IMG/VR virus record: IMGVR_UViG_3300036770_007539
Span: 124,001 to 188,000 of that record
Reading direction: 5' to 3' (one strand)
DNA: 64,000 nucleotides
The notes below the pieces were generated by a model. That model worked only from the letters and a program-made list of their open reading frames with translations. It made no database searches and had not been told where the DNA came from. Position numbers and translations under genes: made by a program. This document shows, piece by piece, positions 59,801 through 64,000 of this stretch (position 1 is its first letter; every line of letters starts with the position of its first letter).

Positions 59801-60545
59801 AAAAACTCCTGTAAAAGTAACATATACTCAAGTGGGAGTTCTTGGAGATAGAATATCTATTTATAAAGATTCAGAGAGCTATATTAATTTAACTGTTAAA
59901 GCTTCTGGTAAAGAGTATCAAGTTAGACAACCTGTCTTATGGACTAAAAACTCTTGGCATAGAATTAAAGCTACATTTAAATTTAATCAGCCCAATAATA
60001 ATGATGAGATTGGATTGTTTGTGGACGGTGAAGAAAGAGGAACAGTCAGATTTGGAAATGGTTTGCTTTTTGGAACAGGAGCTGTTTATGGTCAGGGATT
60101 TGCCGGTGTAGATAATTCTACGCTAACTGCCGACATTAATTTCTTGGATGTTATTAGTAAATTTTACATAGGCTCTGACATTAATTCCGTTAATTTAGCC
60201 AAAGCCAGAATAGATAATTTTAAAATTTCTAATATTGTTCAGCCGTTCTATATGATCGCGGGTCAATCTAAAGACGTAAACTATAATTCCAATATAGATA
60301 CTGTATTTCCCGTTGTAGAAGATGCTTATACGACATTTTTATTAAATTTTAATGCTTTATTTAGTATAAATACAGAGTGGGCAACTCTAAGAGATAAATA
60401 CTTTGGAATTTATAATTTTACAATTAAAATAATAGATTCTTTTGATATAGTTTCTGAAAGCGAAAAAGTAAAGCAAATATTAGAGACTTTAATCAATATT
60501 CTTAAGCCCGCTCAATCTAAGGTAACATTAGAATACTTAGACTAG
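53868..60545 (+). CDS. Very large baseplate wedge protein with LamG/concanavalin-like domains
   Basis: 2225 aa; YRDAL...KGPT..SM; EGTLEMWV.P.W, HHVAISW..LFIDG, IDELRI, WHRI...LFVDG; ends LKPAQSKV. Confidence 0.7.
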   Translation: MAVLKALEVKVLSSTKIQAKFNLELDPLINTSNISIRSNVFNIPDPAVLEVKVSKDKLTILTQPLFPYTQYFVTFKSSDLLLFKSINGVSLVEDGKLNVFLILGAEDPSNPFRDYFLYELKDDPYNLDYGTIVRDIINVNSDFLANALYDIRELKNDNYLSRTIFNELKTRGAGPVDRLSEGGAYEIIKVSKNAEGRLINDSINFEEFPSYPITLQRKVVSSEKLTPGSGTSTVNGLLLNLKNKPITAVKSIIIQYSNSGKYIYNISSLGYQIQDNRYDPDYASSYQLLEENQVLLSSLVLEDDNFFTPVAGDIVYVSYEYKDLGRIVSEDSIEVYKILEINREVVPPILNSFSLPHYPIVDEVGNIPTFNGIEFLDPLSNPPFSQTHPAFIKEIPYKLEGLPKAVGEYSVDYSTGSIYVYGAEKNDGTGDFPPVVSYLYKNLFVKELDYNYDEDTYEVVRSPLRFLEGDSAKISFSYEKTLIPYIDFIPKVHTEVLNERIENKFLSNNSFIVNNAPVTNVFRIYNETSGEVYSVDRFSFNKVYFSSRISPQVNTIIKERAEFSKVENELLLVNEELTNLSSVKIFKINLQNNKIISSTEDSIGSSFNSSVFFSRTDIFSTELYYDYVSLTEGSNINKLSVGQYLINYQDGIVYVGVDNNQVYDVGTISYKKPYIKTQFSHIIAVNNLYNSILPNKIYKNIKYNSFSDSEILPSTFEVSDERFLNQSTLNPYIVSSNTITVTDDISYVRGVYDLYDLNNNIDVVNFSENYSSSSNVITLTPIQRIVSSQISAGLIVSLPYVSPGVEIYEVKSIIRKSDNVELYDTGAIISGYDIILSGVNSPVTGEEVTVYYSIRMNGSATPVVDYARGDLFLDYEYVADEVLVSYEHGDNCLDFSQSNSIDEGEEYYVTYKVGALRNALFKNFGSLVNIPILNSFDTSLERERYRDALRGALQSFAKGPTLPSMKSLVEFITHIPPEIVEAAFDNWNLNIGHLYNNQIETTGNLLLSPGKFDNGVLIENADETISFPVSNNLKLEEGTLEMWVVPKWNGLDNDATLTFQVLKDGYVLPSDHIFIGAAGNHPTLDLNNKFSVIKNDNSIGLPTAIYTNIGAFIFYDEDQFRWKFLVRDKISDGYSYHGTIETSGSFYHVNFIDGLGELTDKLKTKNSIIEFTFNIDSQDELYPDGYVDGYADGYVDGYDGYSDGYYPLDGYVPGYSFDGIRFMSDNEHYLFDFGNESYKNRFSLFKDGSGYLTFRVYDNGSFDRINKYTVSADISNWRAGESHHVAISWKLATKDKKDEMHLFIDGIEIPNIIKYGGRPISTLTDRFRTVVPEYVLGTITQKIITFNDLNTDGSNLVYSDSINFTSEGIVPGDILEIKELGLGAYTISSVSGNYLTLTSAVPSVLSNARFTINPYSIIVSSEIDLYKNFTVSLFSGSSEEELPGLRADIPGYEISKNFLNQNILTILGNANVGDQVVIRTLGLNFRRARERVYVWGNNLNILRTQLPSPINLDEVKIYPVILPKVAIGPSNSTYSLGLFNFTTSDISQTSSPLEGRTLAIKVFSGNVDFSTPVTVVINGTTNSTPNETLTFSSAGTQYTTKKFTNITSVDVIAKPFNPLKNSAIVEIKEKYTITYSEGNSVFPVIRYSYKTQTGSTLSGNSGSSIVEDLNGYFVFSNIDQSLVISSPISVAGTYQIVNKLSDKSIEVFPALPASFSNGIYDIFNTSISRSGFANGFFTLETAGQVNVPFNLNNGYYDFDYSVNLEIPFDPLTNDKMYIGSSIHGDCQASSIIDELRILSTMLTDVRIGETLISGTESVTIDAAKIRPFRKNSDTLTLIHFDDKPFNNDSDFWISSNKEYIQSTSSVNSDFGKSLLIKDRPLIYDNLGYLSTSSQGTIEFWVSPMFDTGNDPEYRFYFDAAALTTEDLISTSKASIILNNRASSISSIYVEGDKKNYAAQAVIQSDFKTVKLSIPLPYQKTPVKVTYTQVGVLGDRISIYKDSESYINLTVKASGKEYQVRQPVLWTKNSWHRIKATFKFNQPNNNDEIGLFVDGEERGTVRFGNGLLFGTGAVYGQGFAGVDNSTLTADINFLDVISKFYIGSDINSVNLAKARIDNFKISNIVQPFYMIAGQSKDVNYNSNIDTVFPVVEDAYTTFLLNFNALFSINTEWATLRDKYFGIYNFTIKIIDSFDIVSESEKVKQILETLINILKPAQSKVTLEYLD
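57417..57500 (+). repeat. Tandem coding repeat of seven DGY units
   Basis: DGYVDGYADGYVDGYDGYSDGYYPLDGY, encoded with varied synonymous codons. Confidence 0.9.
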
Positions 60546-60567
60546 ACTACTTTTCCGATATAAAAAC

Positions 60568-63489
60568 ATGACAAAAAGAATAGAAGTTTCCGGATTGCAA
60601 AATTTATTTAGGGACGCTCAGCGTGTATCTAAAGAAGACTTGGACACAGAGCAAAACTATAATAATAAAATTCAATCATCAATTATAAACAATCATCTTG
60701 GCTCTGGAATATTATTAGAAAATCCAGAACAAGTTATTATTTTTGATTCTGATTCTTTAACTTCTGTTCAAGCAGGTCTGTTAGCCGCTGGTAATTTTGA
60801 TGGAACAGGCTTGTCGCCCCACTCTCAGCCATCGGATATTAATCTTGGAAATCAATTAGAAATATCTTTAACGGATTCTTCCGTTGTTGGCAGATTTTCT
60901 GCTAAGGTAGCTATAATAGGGTTGTCTTTTGATGGAGAATTGCAGATTGATAGATTTTATTTTTATAAAAACGAATCTCAAGTTACTGCAAATCATTATA
61001 AAAGAGTTCTTGCTATTTTAACAAATGATTTTAAAGGTAATAATAATTGTTCAAGAAATTTGGGCGGCAGATTAGTCATTAAAGAAGCAAAGTCTTTTCA
61101 AATATCGAGAGATCCTATTATGATTTCTCAGGACGTAGAGCCTGATATTTTTTGGAGAGATTTTAAAATAGCCAATTCCACTTCTAGCTTACAAGCTACA
61201 TTGCAAGCCGCCATTGGACCTGAATATAATGTTGATTCTTTAAATATAAATACTACTGGCAGACCTAATAGAGAATTGACTATTGGAGACGTATCATCTC
61301 ATGTTGGTCAAAAATTTATTGCAAAAACTGATAATATTCAAAAAATTACTTTATTAATGGGAGCTTCTCGCGATGACTCAGCTCCAGAAGTCAATAGATA
61401 TGATTGGTCTGGCTCTTTAGTTGTAAGTATTTATGCCTTGCAAACTTCTGTTTCTTGCCCAACAGATATAATTCCATCTTTGGCAATTGATTTTGATCCT
61501 CAAGCAGAACCATTGGTTCAATTTGCTTTTAATCAATCAGATCTTAAGGATAATGGATATGTATTAACCGATGTTTTGCAGCCCGTGGATATTGTCTTTT
61601 CATCTTCTAAAATAGGCGCATCTAGATCTTTAAATATAAATAATTATTACGCTTTTACAATTAAAAGAACAGGAGATGCTTCGGTTGGAAACATTCAATT
61701 TGGCTCAGGCAATAATCGCACTGATGACTCTAAGTTAACTTTATATAGTGGCGGATCTTGGGTAGATGTTGTAGAAGAAGATTTATGGTATCAAGTTTGG
61801 ACCGATGCACTTAAAATATCAGATGGTCAAGGGTATGACTCTGGTCAAGGAGTTTTTTATCCTAAAACAATTATAGATTCTTCTACTGGAGCTACAATTG
61901 ATAATAAAAAGCAAAATTTTTCATTTAACGACACAGGATTTAATATTCCAAATATTGGAATTTTACAAGCAGTTACAGAGTCTAGTGTAATTGAACAAGA
62001 TGAAAGAACGGGCAATGATACTTTTTCAAGAAAGCAGTTTATTCCCAGCTTTAGTTTAATTTCTAATACTGAATTAACGGATCTTCAAGTTACAACAGAT
62101 CCTTTGGTGGTTGGAGCTGCTAAAGATGTCAACCCTAAAAAAAATCCAGTTTTGCTTAAAAACCAAAGTGTAATTGGTCTTGCTAAATCAAATATATTTT
62201 GTATTTTGAATCCAGACCCAGATTTAATTACCAATAATTTGGTTGGATCTGTTTTAACTCCTAACCTTTTGTCTAGTAGTAAATTTAAAATTGTTAAAGT
62301 TGATTTATGTACAGATGGGTATGGCGATGTAAATGGCGACGGTCAGATCGATTTGTCAGATGTTACTCTTGCGTCTTCTTTAATTGGCGAAAGTATATAT
62401 TATCCTGTTACTCAGCAAAAAATTGTTGATGGATACATTAATACATTTGATCTGTTAAGGGCGGACGTGGATGGTGACGGATATATCACTACTAATGATA
62501 TTGATTTACTAACTCAATACGTAAATAAATCAATTAATTCATTTCCTGCAGGCACATCATTTAATCATCTATGCCTTGAGCTTCAGCCATTAGTTGGGAG
62601 ATACGATGGATACTTTGACTGCGGAGATGGATATGTAAGGGTAGATGGCTCCTCTTCTAATATAATTTCATCTAGTTTACTTAGTGAGTATGAGCTTTTA
62701 TATGATGGATATTACATTCCATCTAATCTGGAATTAGATCCTGTATTTTCTACCGTTCCATTTGCAGGAGTTAATTATCAAATTGCTCCTAAGCCATTTT
62801 GGCAAGATTGGCAAATAAACTTATCTTCTGATGCAAGACTAGTTCCGGCAGCGTTTACATATCTTGAAAGTTCGGAAACTTTTTCTTGTACTGAGACTGT
62901 TGATACGGTGTGCGATTCTCAATATCAAGAAGCTCCAACAATAGACACTGGAAGAAATGACTTTTTTATTCCAAATAATTTATTAATTGGTAATGGTCAA
63001 ATTTTGAATGTTGATGGGTCGCATTTTAAACAAGACTTTGAAATTGCAACTATTGAGCTTAGACTTCCAGAAATTCCTTTAAATGAATCAAAAATTAATA
63101 TTTTTGAAAAATTTGTAGTGGACGTAGGCAGTGGTAAAACAGCTTCTGGATATCCGGCTATGAAATATTCTGATTGCTCAACAGTTCAAATAGAAGATTT
63201 GTTTTTAAATAAAGTTAAATTCAATGTTGCAGTTCAAGCCTTCTATAAAAACTTGGATGGATATGACGCAGATTTAGATGGGTATGTTGTCATTGAAGAT
63301 CCTACGATTGGCGTCCTAATAGATCATTCTACTGGCATTCTTACTTTAAATGCCAGCGATCTTGCCGAAGATACGGTCTTCAAATCATTAGTAACAAAGA
63401 TTTCAGTAACAGTATACTTAAAGAAGGCAGGGTGGAATAATAGACATCTTATTGTGACTTCGAATGAGATACAGGGATTACTCTCATAA
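60568..63489 (+). CDS. Virion/baseplate-associated protein with a dockerin-like paired Ca-binding motif
   Basis: 973 aa; YGDVNGDGQIDLSDV and RADVDGDGYITTNDI; eight DGY motifs in the C-terminal half. Confidence 0.65.
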   Translation: MTKRIEVSGLQNLFRDAQRVSKEDLDTEQNYNNKIQSSIINNHLGSGILLENPEQVIIFDSDSLTSVQAGLLAAGNFDGTGLSPHSQPSDINLGNQLEISLTDSSVVGRFSAKVAIIGLSFDGELQIDRFYFYKNESQVTANHYKRVLAILTNDFKGNNNCSRNLGGRLVIKEAKSFQISRDPIMISQDVEPDIFWRDFKIANSTSSLQATLQAAIGPEYNVDSLNINTTGRPNRELTIGDVSSHVGQKFIAKTDNIQKITLLMGASRDDSAPEVNRYDWSGSLVVSIYALQTSVSCPTDIIPSLAIDFDPQAEPLVQFAFNQSDLKDNGYVLTDVLQPVDIVFSSSKIGASRSLNINNYYAFTIKRTGDASVGNIQFGSGNNRTDDSKLTLYSGGSWVDVVEEDLWYQVWTDALKISDGQGYDSGQGVFYPKTIIDSSTGATIDNKKQNFSFNDTGFNIPNIGILQAVTESSVIEQDERTGNDTFSRKQFIPSFSLISNTELTDLQVTTDPLVVGAAKDVNPKKNPVLLKNQSVIGLAKSNIFCILNPDPDLITNNLVGSVLTPNLLSSSKFKIVKVDLCTDGYGDVNGDGQIDLSDVTLASSLIGESIYYPVTQQKIVDGYINTFDLLRADVDGDGYITTNDIDLLTQYVNKSINSFPAGTSFNHLCLELQPLVGRYDGYFDCGDGYVRVDGSSSNIISSSLLSEYELLYDGYYIPSNLELDPVFSTVPFAGVNYQIAPKPFWQDWQINLSSDARLVPAAFTYLESSETFSCTETVDTVCDSQYQEAPTIDTGRNDFFIPNNLLIGNGQILNVDGSHFKQDFEIATIELRLPEIPLNESKINIFEKFVVDVGSGKTASGYPAMKYSDCSTVQIEDLFLNKVKFNVAVQAFYKNLDGYDADLDGYVVIEDPTIGVLIDHSTGILTLNASDLAEDTVFKSLVTKISVTVYLKKAGWNNRHLIVTSNEIQGLLS

Positions 63490-63510
63490 TCTGCTGTTAT
63501 AGAAAGGCTC

Positions 63511-64000
63511 ATGCGAGTTAAAGTACAAGGATTTTTATTTGGTAAGTCTCATAGCTGGGCATATGTTAATCAAAATTTAGGCAGATCCTTGCTTAAATTG
63601 GGGCATGATGTAGAGTTCGTTTCCACAGATGGCAATGACCCCAAGCATACCCCAAATGATTTAAAACCGTTTATTAAATCATTTGGAATTGGCAATTATG
63701 ATATGCAAATATCTTATACTGCTATGATTAATTTTCCTCAATATTTATCTTCTGGAGATAAAAATAGATTTGGAATATGGTGCTATGAATTTCCAATTAT
63801 TCCAAAAGACTTTATTAAATATTATAAAAGCTGCGATAAAATTCTAGCTCCCAGTAATTTTGCCAAAGATATTTTTATTAATAATAAAGTTCCAGGAGAT
63901 AGTGTTGTAGTCGTTCCTCATGGTATTGATTTAGATGCATTTAATAATAAAAATAAATTTAAATTAAAAACCAATAAAAAAATAAAATTTTTAATTCCAT
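63511..64000 (+). CDS. Glycosyltransferase, GT4/GT-B-like, 3'-truncated (not in the ORF track)
   Basis: MRVKVQGFLFGKSHSWAYVNQNLGRSLLKLGHDVEFV...WCYEF...CDKILAPSNFAKDIF...VVVVPHGID; frame open to the window end. Confidence 0.8.
   Translation, partial: MRVKVQGFLFGKSHSWAYVNQNLGRSLLKLGHDVEFVSTDGNDPKHTPNDLKPFIKSFGIGNYDMQISYTAMINFPQYLSSGDKNRFGIWCYEFPIIPKDFIKYYKSCDKILAPSNFAKDIFINNKVPGDSVVVVPHGIDLDAFNNKNKFKLKTNKKIKFLIP

Noticed and set aside
31954-60545. Extracellular contractile injection system or tailocin rather than a phage
   Set aside because: Capsid, decoration and neck genes are present in the same module.
3444-63512. Short minus-strand and nested ORFs (e.g. 3444, 13160, 19066, 37447, 43593, 47058, 59535)
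   Set aside because: They overlap long + strand genes, lack motifs and RBS, and look like antisense shadows.
1-64000. Stop-codon reassignment (alternative genetic code)
   Set aside because: Long genes are intact under the standard bacterial code, and TAA, TGA and TAG all end genes directly before the next start.
1-64000. tRNA or rRNA genes
   Set aside because: No cloverleaf or T-loop signatures were seen in the few intergenic gaps; a tRNAscan run would be needed to exclude them fully.

Overview
A 64-kb, AT-rich segment of a large myovirus-type phage, almost entirely on the + strand, covering the virion morphogenesis module. In order it holds putative internal head proteins, a head decoration protein, the major capsid protein (MCP), neck proteins, two beta-helix fibre/spike proteins, then tail terminator, sheath, tube, a frameshifted tail chaperone, tape measure, hub/spike, baseplate wedge proteins and a GT4 glycosyltransferase cut by the window end. 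Main observations: (1) the tripeptide Asp-Gly-Tyr (DGY) occurs about 35 times (counted by eye) in 13 predicted outer virion proteins, including a 7-copy tandem array, and a glycosyltransferase follows; this is a candidate virion-wide modification or docking sequon. (2) The MCP gene is split by three related group I introns whose splice sites can be placed from P1/P10 pairings, giving a 336-aa spliced product; the introns carry no ORF, a catalytically eroded LAGLIDADG and an intact LAGLIDADG. (3) An iteron-like repeat array at the MCP 3' end coincides with a local C-to-G strand-bias switch and sits next to an HTH-LAGLIDADG-methyltransferase fusion gene. Product names come from motif recognition and gene order only; no database search was run.
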